Assembly: GCA_012295275.1 (NCBI GenBank)
Contig: CM022665.1
Location: forward strand, 14,818,001-14,882,000
Direction of reading: 5' to 3'
From: Chrysomallon squamiferum
Taxonomy: Eukaryota > Animalia > Mollusca
Length of the DNA: 64,000 bases
The notes under the pieces were generated by a model that made no database searches, was not told the origin of the DNA, and saw only the letters and a program-made list of their open reading frames with translations. Shown piece after piece: positions 12,501-24,239 of the stretch; within the stretch, counting starts at the first letter, position 1, and every line of letters starts with the position of its first letter. Position numbers and translations under genes: made by a program.

Positions 12501-15263
12501 CTTTATAACAAAGCAATTTAAACATGTCCTTTTCAATGGATAATTTTTCTTCATCAGTGCCATCATTTCCTCCTGAGCTGTTTTTTCTTTCTACTAAAAT
12601 GCAATGAAGATGCTGAGCACACTGCAATAAAGAAATCAAGCTTTAATTTCAGCCAGACATAAACATGGAACAGATGTCAATAAAAAAATACTCAATAATT
12701 TCTACTGAATTTCTTTTTAAAATTGTTTTCATTAATTATAACATTTTTAAATTTTTATTTTTTATTATTATTTTTATTTGTTTTACATAGTTATGGGTAA
12801 TTTAAAAAATATTTTGACAATATTTGTGATGATACTAGATCCATCTGATTATAGTTTTTGGATTACTCAGGACTAAGACAAGAATAATTAACTGAGCATA
12901 CTGAGGTATATGTACTCCACAATGCCAGTAAAATTACATATTTTTGTTTAAAAACAAACAAGAAGTAATATAAAAAAATTAAAAATAAATAAATAAATAA
13001 AATAGTTTTAACTGTTAAAAGAAATTTAATTCACATAATTATAATATCCCCACAATTTTAATAACATGTTTCTTTTATTTCCAAGTAATAAGGTATCAAA
13101 GGCAGCTGAACATTTTCTTAATCATATCATTAGCATTATCTTACAAATAAATGTTTACTGAAATCTTGATATGTAGCAGTACTGGACTGTCACCAAGACA
13201 AAAATAATCAATTATCCATGGTTACTTAAAATAGTAATATAAAGTTAATGTATTTTTAACTTACTACATCACATTATTTTTTATTTTATATAACATAATA
13301 GCTTAATATCTCTATACTAGTATCTTTTAAAAATATAACAACATATTTCACCTTATTAGTAATAGTCAGCACCCTATCTGCAGCCTCTGGCTGGCAACAG
13401 TCTGAAAAAAAAAAGAAAAAAAAAAAAGTATAAATTAAACCTAAAGGTCTTACCATTTCTTTTAAATTTTATTAATTATTCAGAAGCTAATTATTGTATA
13501 ACCTAAATGTACAAACACTGATTTACACTGTGCTAAGAAAAAAATCTGAAGCACAAAAAACAGCATTATTGATCTATTATCCATCTACATTAAAAACTAA
13601 CAATACCTATCCAGGCTCTTGCAGTTTTCATTCCCATCTGAAAAATAGAGAAATAAACTATAAAAAGTCTTCAAAAATAAACTTAATCATTAACAAATAT
13701 TAAATTAAATTGTAAGTACAAGAATAAAAAAGTTACAGTATTGTTGTCTATTTATTACATAAAGATATTTCCATTTTATGATGCTTAAAATAGTGGTACT
13801 TTATTTTGAATGATTTCTTAATTTTGTGTTTATTAAAAATAAATACTTAATAATTTAAAGAAAAATTGGAAAATGAAAACTTTTCCTGTCCCTCTTTTTG
13901 TTAATTACTTATATTTTTATATTCATAAATTATTTTTATTTTATTTTTCTTTGGCGAGACCGAAGTTTTAAGCCAAAACTAAGAACTGTATTTTTAAAAT
14001 AATGTTTAAAATGTCCAATTACAAATTGACACTTTTTCACATTTCATATTTTTTTACATTTTAACTTTCAAAAGGTGACAAAATACTTTATGTCTTAATG
14101 TTAATGCTTACTATAATCTGTTTCTTCAAATTAATTTCATCTGAAGATCCTTCAATGGCATGTGTCACCATAAAAAAGGCCACATTGCGTACTGCTCAAA
14201 GACAAACCAATAATAATATACTATGTATTTAAAATATCAGTAAATTATTACAGAAGTCATAAAATATTATACATACACTTTTAAAATAACTGACTATCAA
14301 GGTTGTTTCATATTTCAGCTGGTTATTTGATAATTATCAATACTGATAATTTTATTTACTGATAATTTTATTTTGTAAAATACTAATTTTCAAAGACACC
14401 TATATCAGCTAAATAACAAATTCCACCATAACCTCTGAAAAACTTTTATATTTTATGTGAAATATCTTTTAAAAGTTTAATAATTCAAAATATACAAACA
14501 TTTTGCATTTGACAAGTTAGATAAAACTCCTTTTGTTTTCATAGCAACAGCATGATTCCATAATGTTACAGCCAAGGTTTCCAGCTGAAAAATAATATTA
14601 ATGACATTACATTACAATTTTGCATATTTTGTGATTTTATAAAAAGTAATCTCCTGGTGAAACAAAACTGTGATTTCATAAATATATCAGCTCCACTTTG
14701 TTGAAATACAATTTATTTTAATGAATACAAAAACAACTGATAATATATAAAAATTATAAAATATTAAAATAATGTTTAAACAGTTAATAGTTATATATTT
14801 TACCCTTCATATTATTTAATACATATTCATGATCTTTACCTTTGTGCTGTTGTTTTTATCCAGCATTCCTAACCCGATATTCTGTAGATCTGTTGCAAGA
14901 ACTGAAGCTGTGTCTATAAGTCCATTCCAGTCAGCACTTTGATGAGCTGCATCTCTGCATAAATCTTTTATAATACCTTTAAAAAATAAGTAAAATAATT
15001 TTTAATTTAGGATGGGGTAGTAACTGAGAAAACCAAAACCAACTTCATACTTAAACTGCTTCATTCAATTAATATGAAAATTTAAAGATTTTAATTATTT
15101 TATTCAATTTTTATCTTTGATAAACAAGTAAATTTTCATTTGTTAATCTCTGAATATGTATATATTTATTTAAATTAACTAATTTTTTAAGTATCAATAT
15201 TTAATAATAAATACCTTGCAGCTGATCAATATGAGAAGCACTTAATGCTAGTGTCATCTCCAT
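1..15263 (-). CDS. TEX11: TEX11/ZIP4 (SPO22 family) meiotic TPR scaffold protein, 3'-partial; 20 coding exons, 1847 nt (~615 aa) in window
   Basis: Hand-spliced GT-AG exons with continuous phase: 15263-15215, 14976-14840, 14584-14500, 14191-14112, 13637-13607, 13401-13352, 12621-12493, 12236-12156, 11764-11627, 11356-11261, 10996-10915, 7871-7790, 7591-7440, 7180-7095, 2309-2169, 1939-1837, 1453-1347, 987-851, 274-237, 43-1. Peptides are colinear with vertebrate TEX11 as I recall it (LCYNFGV, LRLLAxxYLxWD..DKALNAVxLAN, GLFLKxKILL, ALxWYxYSL..KLQRN, AKEAVxEA, QVLTAxxCL). Confidence 0.95.
237..274 (-). CDS. TEX11: TEX11 coding exon 19
   Basis: cctttcag / gtaaat; 38 nt, NKMATIIPHVRA; bridges phase 2 to phase 1. 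Confidence 0.75.
851..987 (-). CDS. TEX11: TEX11 coding exon 18
   Basis: QNNSNTACMALDFLVNHSTNNQQVLTALRCLVRLKISAVDSCNSE; AG/GT boundaries. Confidence 0.9.
1347..1453 (-). CDS. TEX11: TEX11 coding exon 17
   Basis: ISSLQNML...GLICLAAQLGIE; AG/GT boundaries. Confidence 0.9.
1837..1939 (-). CDS. TEX11: TEX11 coding exon 16
   Basis: AKEAVGEALKCDSSDTHTHFIIYNLALMESDGQK; gtaag donor. Confidence 0.92.
2169..2309 (-). CDS. TEX11: TEX11 coding exon 15 (TPR)
   Basis: HKEYTSALEWYNYSLSLF...MAKLQRNRASCFLQQGLIPQ. Confidence 0.93.
2330..4390 (+). mobile_element. Degenerate L1/Tx1-like non-LTR retrotransposon ORF2 (reverse transcriptase) relic
   Basis: Frameshifted fragments KSLGTDGYTVEFIKFYW (SPGxDG motif), ITLIPK, QNGFIYGQSISNNIRLIYD, LLTVDFEEAFNTIS (LDFEKAFD motif); (CA)n inserted at ~3523-3562; boundaries approximate. 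Confidence 0.8.
4430..4830 (-). mobile_element. Possible FLYWCH/MULE-type transposase fragment
   Basis: SSKGSNKICFKGFMYN resembles the FLYWCH start (SxKGxxxLxxxGYxY); a downstream PYNHS resembles the terminal HNH; heavily decayed. Confidence 0.4.
5810..6620 (+). mobile_element. Degenerate RNase H-bearing non-LTR retrotransposon 3' end (I/Ingi-like)
   Basis: VYTDGSTENAIKNGGGG, NFRAE, IVFLTFCRSLLQSL, NEEADKL RNase H motifs across frameshifts, then a decayed C-terminal Cys motif (ECP...HI/DIL..CP). Confidence 0.75.
7095..7180 (-). CDS. TEX11: TEX11 coding exon 14
   Basis: HNTGKPLDASTKKQFHVAFWEQAALCFE. Confidence 0.92.
7440..7591 (-). CDS. TEX11: TEX11 coding exon 13
   Basis: YDSAGDFPSELVKRFENSHELGRILVVQLENLLQCHNIDVAKCFAEECIT. 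Confidence 0.9.
7790..7871 (-). CDS. TEX11: TEX11 coding exon 12
   Basis: LNDVLKHPDTDIDLGISVLQLLKDYN; gtgag donor. Confidence 0.9.
8018..10864 (-). mobile_element. Non-autonomous long-TIR DNA transposon, Sola2-like
   Basis: Termini GGGTCATTCCGTGTCAAATCACCC ... GGGTGATTTGACACGGAATGACCC; ~630-bp inverted arms (8018-~8650 and ~10241-10864); TTTT on both flanks (4-bp TSD); minus-strand FCDPLNRH...SLRIVS...LVPGDKWCCDC resembles the Cys/His N-terminus of Sola2 transposases. The element is clear; the superfamily call is inference. Confidence 0.85.
10915..10996 (-). CDS. TEX11: TEX11 coding exon 11
   Basis: EYIHPAGLFLKLKILLASGERGSVIHT. Confidence 0.92.
11261..11356 (-). CDS. TEX11: TEX11 coding exon 10
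   Basis: ARTLRLLANAYLEWDPLQNMDKALNAVTLANT; gtaag donor. Confidence 0.95.
11627..11764 (-). CDS. TEX11: TEX11 coding exon 9
   Basis: GAYLSLLCYNFGVDTYNRSLFEESVSWLRKSFDLGKGRQDIGAKNH. Confidence 0.95.
12156..12236 (-). CDS. TEX11: TEX11 coding exon 8
   Basis: AVAQSKNADAVAAVHLAEEMVERFPRE. Confidence 0.9.
12493..12621 (-). CDS. TEX11: TEX11 coding exon 7
   Basis: CAQHLHCILVERK...EKDMFKLLCYKAEV; weaker gttaag donor chosen by phase. Confidence 0.85.
13352..13401 (-). CDS. TEX11: TEX11 coding exon 6
   Basis: CCQPEAADRVLTITNK; phase 1 to 0. Confidence 0.85.
13607..13637 (-). CDS. TEX11: TEX11 coding exon 5 (31-nt micro-exon)
   Basis: MGMKTARAWI; corresponds to MxMRxGKxWLD of vertebrate TEX11. Confidence 0.85.
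14112..14191 (-). CDS. TEX11: TEX11 coding exon 4
   Basis: RNVAFFMVTHAIEGSSDEINLKKQII; gtaagc donor. Confidence 0.88.
14500..14584 (-). CDS. TEX11: TEX11 coding exon 3
   Basis: LETLAVTLWNHAVAMKTKGVLSNLSNAK (AVxLWNxA motif). Confidence 0.9.
14840..14976 (-). CDS. TEX11: TEX11 coding exon 2
   Basis: 137-nt open exon IIKDLCRDAA...MLDKNNSTK, phase 1 to 0. Confidence 0.82.
15215..15263 (-). CDS. TEX11: TEX11 coding exon 1 (start codon)
   Basis: ATG at 15263, MEMTLALSASHIDQLQ, G|gtattt donor; candidate acceptor at 15285, so a non-coding exon probably lies upstream. Confidence 0.7.
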
Positions 15264-15482
15264 CTCAGTGGTATCTGCTGGTATCCTGCAGTGTCTTCAA
15301 AATGTATCATAAAAATGTAGAGTAAATGTCTGCTATTATACTTTTAGAGTTTGTTTTCTAATGTTATATATACAGCCAGCTACATGTACCATTTGTCATT
15401 TATAATTAAAAATTCATTTAATTTGATCATTATTTCTTATAAATAAAGAAAGTAACAATACTAAATATAGGCAAATCATGAA

Positions 15483-15742
15483 CAGTGGTGTGCAGGGGTC
15501 TGGTGATGCTCAGGGCCAACTCCTTGATCCAAATACTCAAGTAAAAGGCCTAGTACTGAGAAATATTATGAGAAAGGAAGATATTTTGAATATGTAAACA
15601 CAGATGAAACATAAAATATACATTTTATTCAGTTTAAATATAAATCAACCAGTTTTATTAAGTTCTTTTCTCTGATTGGATGCCCCCCCATATTTGGATG
15701 TCTGGGGCCACCGCCCCTTTGCACCCCCTCTACATGCCACTG
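15483..15742. mobile_element. hAT-type MITE
   Basis: CAGTGG...CCACTG termini with GC-rich subterminal regions and a perfect 8-bp TSD ATCATGAA (15475-15482 and 15743-15750). Confidence 0.85.
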
Positions 15743-16590
15743 ATCATGAAAGTTTTAAAACTAGTCAAATGAATTAAGTGAAAGTGAGAGAAATAAATGT
15801 GAATGTATTTAAACATTTCTGAAAATAATTAAATAATTAATTAGCTATAAATGTATGTAAATGTATTTATCATACATATTTTTTCTATGAAAAAGTTCAG
15901 TATTAAATATAATTATGTGGTCGTCATATGATTAAATAGTGACAGAAATAACATCATATATGATATGACAATAAGCTGGCATGAGTCCCGAGCCATCTCA
16001 AGTAGGATATGAATTTATTTTTAATGTTCTGGGTCTGTAGTTCCAGAAATTGTAAAAATTAACATTATTTATACTGAATGAACGCATGTATCATATTTAT
16101 CCTTGTGGAATCGGCTTTAACGTAGATAAGCAACAACCTCGCATTGTGCAGAAATAACGGTGTTTTTCTTGTTATTACTGACAGTGTCATAACGTAATAT
16201 ATATAATTAAATATAAACATTAAATTCAGTATATATTGCGAGTTTTTTTTTTTTTTTTCATATTAGTACCTTTTTAATTGTTTGGTAGGTAAACATTTAA
16301 AAAAAAATTCAGTAAACAAAATTTTCCCATGATTATGTGCACTTGTTATTTAACGAACGTGCGTCAAATCACATACCGAAACGATATATGTAACATATAA
16401 AATGGGTTTAAATAATAATAATAATAATAATAATAATCACAAAATAACATTGTGGTGGTATTTAATAAATCAAACTTCTAAGTAAATTTTGTGTATTTCA
16501 ACTCATCATTGTCAGTGATGACATCGGACATGTTTGATTTTGGTTTAAAATGAGTGAAACAAAAAATGTTAGTAGTAGTGGGTGACCTAC

Positions 16591-16897
16591 CTGCTATATA
16601 GCAACTATGTGGAGCTGCATCTAAACTGATTAAACTGGTTTACGATAATGTATTAATGATGAAGAAGGAGGAATACCGTAACTTTGCCGACCAAAATTTT
16701 AGACTTGAATAAGAACAGACGACAGTTATACTTCCCGCTGCTATACTTCGTATGCAAGTGCTATTAATAACGTTTTTGATTGGTCGGCAACATTCCGTAG
16801 TTTTCTTCGGCAGTTTCCGAGACTTAGTGTCAGAAGTCAGATGAATATGGCCTCTTTTATTTTTCATTAATTAATGAATTAAATAATAACGTTGAAG
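16591..16897. promoter_or_regulatory. Putative bidirectional promoter and divergent first exons (TEX11 / plus-strand gene)
   Basis: CpG-retaining patch between two CpG-depleted gene bodies; minus-strand donor CAG|GTAGGT at 16591 and plus-strand donor AAG|GTAATT at 16897; reverse CCAAT ~16779, TTCCCGC 16732, CAGTTA 16723. Confidence 0.6.
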
Positions 16898-17146
16898 GTA
16901 ATTATATTTAATAATCATTTATCTTCAGCATAATTATAATATCGGATATAGAATTTATTTGTTTATTTATTTATTTATTGTTTTGTTTTTGTTTAAATAA
17001 ATTAATTAATTAATAAAAAGTGTTCCTGAAAACCACTGATTTTTGGAATTAAAACTCAAATTATGGTCAAAATTAAATAATGAAATAAATAATGAATTGA
17101 TTTTATTATTTTATTTTATTTTTATAATTAACTCTCAGTGAATGCA

Positions 17147-17510
17147 ATGAATAAAAGTAAACACCATAATTTAATTAAATTATATGCAATATTAATACTT
17201 GATATGATATGATCTTCAATATATTTACAATGTAAATTATTTACTAAATATAATAATTCACACTTAACAGATGATAACTTCATCAAGCCTTTGATTTATG
17301 AATATAATGGAAGGTTTATAAAGTTGGTTGCAGCTGTAAGCATTATTATGATATATTAAACAGTAGTTTCTTTAACAGTTTTTGTCTTCATGCACTTAGT
17401 AACTGAACAGAAAGAATGTGAAATTAAACAAACAGGAGTCAGGGAAATATTATAAAAATACTTTAAAATATACTTTATGAGTATGCATGTTTAGCATTTT
17501 TCAATAGTAT

Positions 17511-17585
<75 letters not shown>

Positions 17586-20500
17586 ATGAGGAGATGAAAA
17601 TGTTAGATATAATTAATCAACATTTATAATTATGAATCTATTTTGTTCTTTTGATTTAGTGAAAGTGACAGAGAAATGGTCAGCAATGTTAACATTTTTG
17701 AAGCATCAATGCCATTGGTTTCAGATATCACTTCACCATCACTACAGTGTGAGGGGAATGATGCAGAAGAACTTCCAGATGTTCAAAAAAATTGTAGTAC
17801 ATACTCAGATAATGTGGTGAGATGATAGTAAATAACAAAAAGTACTGATCTTGGAAATTTATAAATATTTTATAATTTAAAAAATTTATTATTCATTTTA
17901 CATTTGCTTTAAGCATTCAGTCTTAAAAATTATGTTATACTTGAAATTTTACTTTAGTATATTCTCTTACAGGGCCTCTGCAACAATGCATTAATTGAAT
18001 ATGTTTGTTACATTATGTTACATCTGATCATGGATATAAAGCATTTATAAAAGTTTACATGTAGATTTACTGGATTCTCAATTTTGAGAAAAATCTTTGC
18101 CAACCTTGGGGCCCCAAATGGGTCTTGTGCCACCTTGCAAAATTTCTCTTGGAGGCCCTCTTATTTCCATGAATATATTATACTTGTTTAATGTTGTTTA
18201 GTATTCATTTATTTATTTATTTATTTATTTATTTTGTTGATATCAGTTACAGGTACCAGACCATTTATCCGGCAAGCTTGGGACCAGAGGTGAGCCGGAT
18301 TTCTGAATTTTCCGGTTTTCTGGACTAAGGCTAAATATATACTTAAAATATGAAATAAACAAAAATATGTCAAAAATGAAATCGTATTTAACAGACACAT
18401 ATTTATACGCTCCGCCACTTCTTAATCCATTCAAGAAACACATTGTCCATATCAATTCTCTGCATCTGATGTAAAATATTTCGGTTCTCCATTAATTTTG
18501 GCACATCACTAACACAGTAGAATTTCAGCATCTGTTCTTTCTGTTGCTTGATATCATAGATAGTAGATCTACTAATACCATACTCCTCACTAAAGAATTG
18601 CACTGAAGCATCTTTATAGGAGAGTAACTCTTCTTTCTTCACTATACTGAGCACTAAATTAGTAAATGTTTCCTTTCAATCTTTTCTACTAGAAAGTTGC
18701 ATTTCTGCTGGTCTTTTAAACATGATTATAAGTCAAAATATAATAAATTAATACAATCACATAACTGTGAGAGGAACACCTACATGCAACACCAGTAACA
18801 CTGAAGCTGACCCATATGATGCATACACCAAGGAAACCAAAACTAGGTAGCCAGCTAGTTGTAAAAATTCAAAACTAGCCAGTTTAAAAAACAGCTGGTT
18901 TCTGGTATTTCCAAATTTCTGGAAGCCGGATAAGAGGTTCAGTACCTGTATTTATTTTTAAAGAAAAAAATATATGCTTTTGATTACTGATATTATAAAA
19001 ATTCTAAATATTAACCTGTTATGAATTTTGATATTCTAAAAATTGTGTTTTCTTTGTTGTTTTGGATAGATGAAATACAAACTGTGCAGTTTTTTATCTG
19101 GAATGAAATGATGAATTCATTTTTATAATAATTTCAGAACAGTGATGCAGACAAACAAACTGACTGTACTGTACCCACTAGTGATGCAGAAAATGACCCT
19201 GGTTATGTGAGTTATGACAGCAGAGATGATAGTTCTGACAATTCTTATCAGATGCAGTTATCTCAGAATTCTGTTTCACAATCAGATACAAAGATGATTC
19301 AAAACAAAGCAGATGACTGGTTGGAAGTTATTGCTGAAGACCAAATTTCTGTTGAAAGCGTGGACAGTGTAGATGATTTGCTGTATCATTTCGGTTTGTT
19401 TACTGATTTTGTTTTTTTAAAAATTTGATTGAGAAAAATGTCATTTTGTATCTACTTGTGTCTGTGTTAGTTTAATTTTAGTATCAATTTTGTTCAGATC
19501 ATATCAATTTCAGTTTAATTTTACTTTGGTTATTTATGTTTTTTGATCTGGTGAATAATATTAGTAGATGTGCTGCTAAAAATATTCATAAACAAAAGCA
19601 ATTTGTAATATGTGACTTAGTAAAAATTGTGCTGTTATATACTGTCAAATATTCTTATACCCCAGAATTTAGGCTAGAAAAATTGTACACAATTATAAAA
19701 GATTAAATGATCTGATTATTAATTTTTAAAACATTTTTTTAATATTAATGAAAAAAAATAAGTAATAATAATAATAATAAAGAAAAGCAATACCAGTACT
19801 GGTAATAGTATTTGAAGAAAACAAAATTCACAATAAACTGAGTCCACATAAAGTTTTATTTTTTATATAATTATACATCACAATATTGAGTTAGTCATGG
19901 ATATTTGGCTAGAAATGACTTGTTATCAACATTAATAGCACAGATAAATTCATTAAAATAACAGATCATTTTAATTATAGATCATTTATTTTTAAGTTAA
20001 TTTCTGTTCTCATTGGAATGTTTTTCACAATTCTTTTCCCTGTAAAATGATGACAAAATAATTATATATGAAATTTCTAAACAGACTGAGTTGCTGCGAT
20101 CTGCCTTTTTTGTAATTTTACACCATCCCTCATGCAGTATAATCTTACATAATAATTATGTGATTTTGGTCATAATGTATGTATTCATAACACAAGACAA
20201 GAAACCACTTGCTTTGGTACAATATTACTAATCAAAAATATGTTCCAAAAAAGTCATTGAATGTAGATGGAAATGTTTGATTTTTATTTTCATGCTAAAT
20301 ATGTTTAACCAATTTTTTCAAAATACATCAGTCTATTTGATACATAATACTATCTTCTTTTTTTTATCTTTTTTTTTATATACTGTTCTTAAATTAATAT
20401 ATAATTCTGAGAATAGACATTATTCTATGTAATGATAAGAAAAAAGACAGATTAATATCCAGACAGTATTTGATAAATTTATTTTAAGTTCTGAAAAATA

Positions 20501-23500
20501 AATGATATCTGAAAACTTTACTGTTTAGAAATTAATTTCAAATTATGTTGTGATAGGTAAAATGTATAAATATATCCATAAAAACAGCTATGTTTTTAAA
20601 AAATAATGTACCTCCAATTTTTAAATTTTAAACTAAAGGTATAAAAAGCATTAAAACTTTCAAAAGTATATGGCAGTATCACTATAAAATGCACAATTAA
20701 AACTTATTAACAAAAATCTACTTATACTGCAGTTCTTATGTATAAATTGTCTTTATTATTACTTCTAAAATTATATCTAGGTATAATAAGTGTTTAATTA
20801 AAACCAACCTTCTCAAAGCAATAGTTTGAAAAACATGATATAATAATAATAATGAAGTAATGATAAAAAGATTTTAAAAAATTCATACCTAATAAAGAAA
20901 AGTAAAAAGAGAATAATAATAATTAAATATTTACAATTTTTTTTTAATTAAAAGCAAAAGTTTTAACATGTCAGTTTTACTGAAATCACATTGAAAAGAA
21001 ATTTAAAAAAAAGTTTTTCATTAGGTTTGGGGTGTATTGCACAATTCAGGGAATCCATAAATTGTTTTATATGTGGAAGATTAAGTACTGAAAAGAGAAA
21101 TGTTGGAATTGTTAGATTGTTAAGAATATTAAATCATAGCCTTGATTTATGCTATTTTCAAATTTTTGTTAATATATTCTTACTTGTTGATACACAGTCA
21201 GCAATGTAAAAATTTAATGACCAAACTGTTTATTGGTAAAAACTGTGAAATTAATTTCATTACAAAAATATTTTGTTAGCTTTTAAGGAGTGGTAGAGAT
21301 AATAGAGTAACTTAAAATACCAGTATGTAAAAATTTGCATTACTTGAAGAGATTCGTATTTTAAAAGTCTGAGAATTTGACATTTTGATTTATGATGTTA
21401 CCAAAAGACATAAATAATAATATCTTTTCACTTTTCTATTCTTGTTTTAGTTACTGTTTTTATTATAAATCTTCTTCTTTTTTTTTTTGAACTGTTAAAT
21501 TTCATTGGTTTTTAATTAATTTTCCTGTATCTCCAGATCAATTTTTCAGAAACAAATTTGACAGTGAACTTTCTCATTTTAAAAAAGCCATGTGTGAAAT
21601 GTTATCAGAACAGCAGATTCATATGAGACAGATTGTGCATTCAGTTGAAATGTCATCGAGAGAAGAAGTAAGAAAAACATTCCTTATAAGGTTATAATAT
21701 ATCTGTTATGTTCATGGCCTTCATGTCTTATTAATCTACATAAAAGCATATTAATTTTTTTTTTTAAATTCTGTAATAAAAATATTTTAATGCTTATATT
21801 TTGAAAGCTACTTGATTACTTGTTTATCAAACCTAAATCACATATCCCTTAATAAACAGTTGTGAAATAAATAAAAGGATTAAATTTTTAAATTTTGTTT
21901 TTTAATTATAAACAGGGATTAGGGTTTTTATTGTTATTTTTCTATATATTAAAATTAATAGAATTTATTAAAATCCTTGGGCAGTTTATATATAAAAAAA
22001 TAATAATAATAAAAAAATTTAATGAATAATAAAAGCACCAGCAACATCTGAATGAATGAAATATCAGATAAAAAGAGTATTTGACGTTTACAGCCATTTA
22101 GCTGCCATAAAATCCCTACCAATTCCCAATTCATTTTTCTTTCTTCTTTTATTTATTTATGTTTTTAGCATGATGTTGTTTGCCCAGATAGTGGATCCTC
22201 AGGCCAAAGTATGTATTAAATATGAATCTGTTAGTTATATCTATATTTGTAAATAAAACTGAGGTATAATAAACTAGTAAATTTTAAATCTTTATCCATT
22301 GCAAAGACAAGATATTTGTATATGTGTGTGTGTTTGTATGTAAACACACGCAAACACATTCATTGAATATAAATTTTCTTTTTTTAATTCTATCCATATC
22401 TAACAAAAGAATAAGATGCAAAAACACTGAATAGATTTTTATTATTAATGAATTGTTTTCATTTTTAGAAAATTTAGACAGATTTATCCTGAGGTTTGTA
22501 TTTTTAAGAATAATTTAACATTTGTAAATTATTTCACTTAGTAAATGGTATTTAGTTTTAAATTACATATTATGGATAAAATAATGTTCTTGAATGAAAA
22601 ATAATTGTGGTTTAAAATAATAAAGTTTTTTCTTAAATTAAAACCACAAATAAATAATTCTTAACATAATACTGCTAAATCTTTGACAATCAGTATTAAC
22701 TATGTAATGCTAATTTAATAGTTTATAATGTAACTACTACCTTTTACATTTTAAAATGTTTATATATTTGGGGTCAGATGAAGAATTATTTTGATCTCTA
22801 ACTTTAATAAAGATTGTTTTTTGTTTTCTTTCAGAGGTTCCATGTGCAAGGAGAAAAGTAAAGCTTGTATTCTTTTAGAACTGACAGCATTGTCATGTGG
22901 TGTTTCAGCATTGCTAAATGAAAACAAATATAGACTGTAGTATGCAAATATATTTTTATGCATGTTTACAGTATTAAATAAAATAATAATAATAATAATT
23001 TCATATTTAACAAACAATATACATATTAAATTTTGAGATTTTTTTATGATCATTGTATTTTGCTATTTAAATGTCAGATAGCTATTAAGGAAATCATATT
23101 TCTATTATTGTTATTTTTTATCCATTTTGTAATAATAGGTATTTCTAATAGTGCAAACATTGATACATTTGGATACAATAATTACCATTAAACAAAAGCT
23201 GTCTTTAGTAATTATAATAAACAAGATTCAATATGCAATATGCATATAATTATCCTCTTTAAATAGCCAATTGCTTTTCGTTGTTGTATTGTTAAGCATA
23301 CTGTCTATTATTTGACACACTGACAGTGACATGTTATCAGTGCACTGACCAGAATGTTGACCATTTTAAACATGACATTTGATTCTAGCAGTGTTTTGTT
23401 ATGCCTTCATTTTGTATTACTCATTTTATTATAAATAATATTCTTCAGTGCCAAAAAAAAAAAAAAAAAAAATGAAAGAAACAGAGATATACAGCACAGA

Positions 23501-24239
23501 GAAACATAAAAAATAAAAATAAAAATCTCTTTTGTAAATGCTAAATAAAAATGATGAATACTAAATATATCCAAATTAGCATTTAATGAAAAATTATATC
23601 ATACATGATATTTAGTAGAAAAACAGCCTTCCTATCGACAATTTGTCAAAAGAAATTTTGTACTTCATTTTAAAACACATTTTATTTTTATTGTAATTCC
23701 CCTCAAGCAATAAATAATTTGCATTGTGTCATTTTGTATGGAGGTGAAGCTAACATAAACTTTATTAATACTCATAAAGTGTTATATATTGCATTTATTA
23801 TCTGAGTGAAAGGTAACATCTGTATACATGGTTATTGGCTGATATTGATAATAAAGTGTGACTTTCATTAAATATGCTATTAAAACATAATGCATAGCTA
23901 ATAACTTTACTGTGATCTGCATCTGACATTCGTTCACTATATAATAAAGTACTAAAATCATTATGCTGTTACTTACACAACATAATTCTTTAAGTTTTCA
24001 CTTTTATCAGTAAAGTGACACACATATACATTTACATATATGTACATACATAGAGCCAAGACATTTTCTTTCAGTTTAAATAAGTGTGCAATAACAAACT
24101 GGTTAATATTAAATATTATATGAATATTAAAGTCATTAAAACATTCATTTTAATTTTTTAAACATTACAGACTGAATGTCTGGAAAAGACTGTGGGTGGT
24201 TTAGAATCATTTATAAAGAGAAACTCCCTGCTGTGTTAG
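17147..24239 (+). CDS. Uncharacterised multi-exon protein-coding gene, ~237 aa
   Basis: Phase-consistent GT-AG exons: 17147-17156 (tentative start), 17271-17313, 17660-17816, 19138-19393, 21537-21690 (or -21667), 22469-22493, 24171-24239 (TAG). Core exons 17660, 19138, 21537 and 24171 are stop-free with good acceptors; the start and micro-exons are uncertain. Confidence 0.7.
17512..17579. repeat. (CT)n microsatellite
   Basis: Pure dinucleotide run. Confidence 0.95.
18250..18948 (-). mobile_element. Internally deleted Tigger/pogo (Tc1-mariner superfamily) transposon
   Basis: Imperfect TIRs CAGGTACCAGACCATTTATCCGGC / CAGGTACTGAACCTCTTATCCGGC, TA on both flanks; ORF 18403-18654 encodes a CENP-B-type HTH (EEYGISRSTIYDIKQQKEQM...MDNVFLEWIKKWRS). 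Confidence 0.9.

Noticed and set aside
16640-16867. 75-aa minus-strand ORF over the promoter
   Set aside because: No recognisable motif; it lies across the presumed divergent TSS region and does not splice in frame to TEX11.
17970-18160. Second hAT-like MITE (AGGGCCTC...GAGGCCCT)
   Set aside because: Only an 8-bp inverted match and no target-site duplication.
22835-22857. Additional exon of the orphan gene after the strong acceptor at 22834
   Set aside because: Using the first AG gives a quick stop or phase clash; it fits only via a second AG 2 nt later, and the model is in frame without it.
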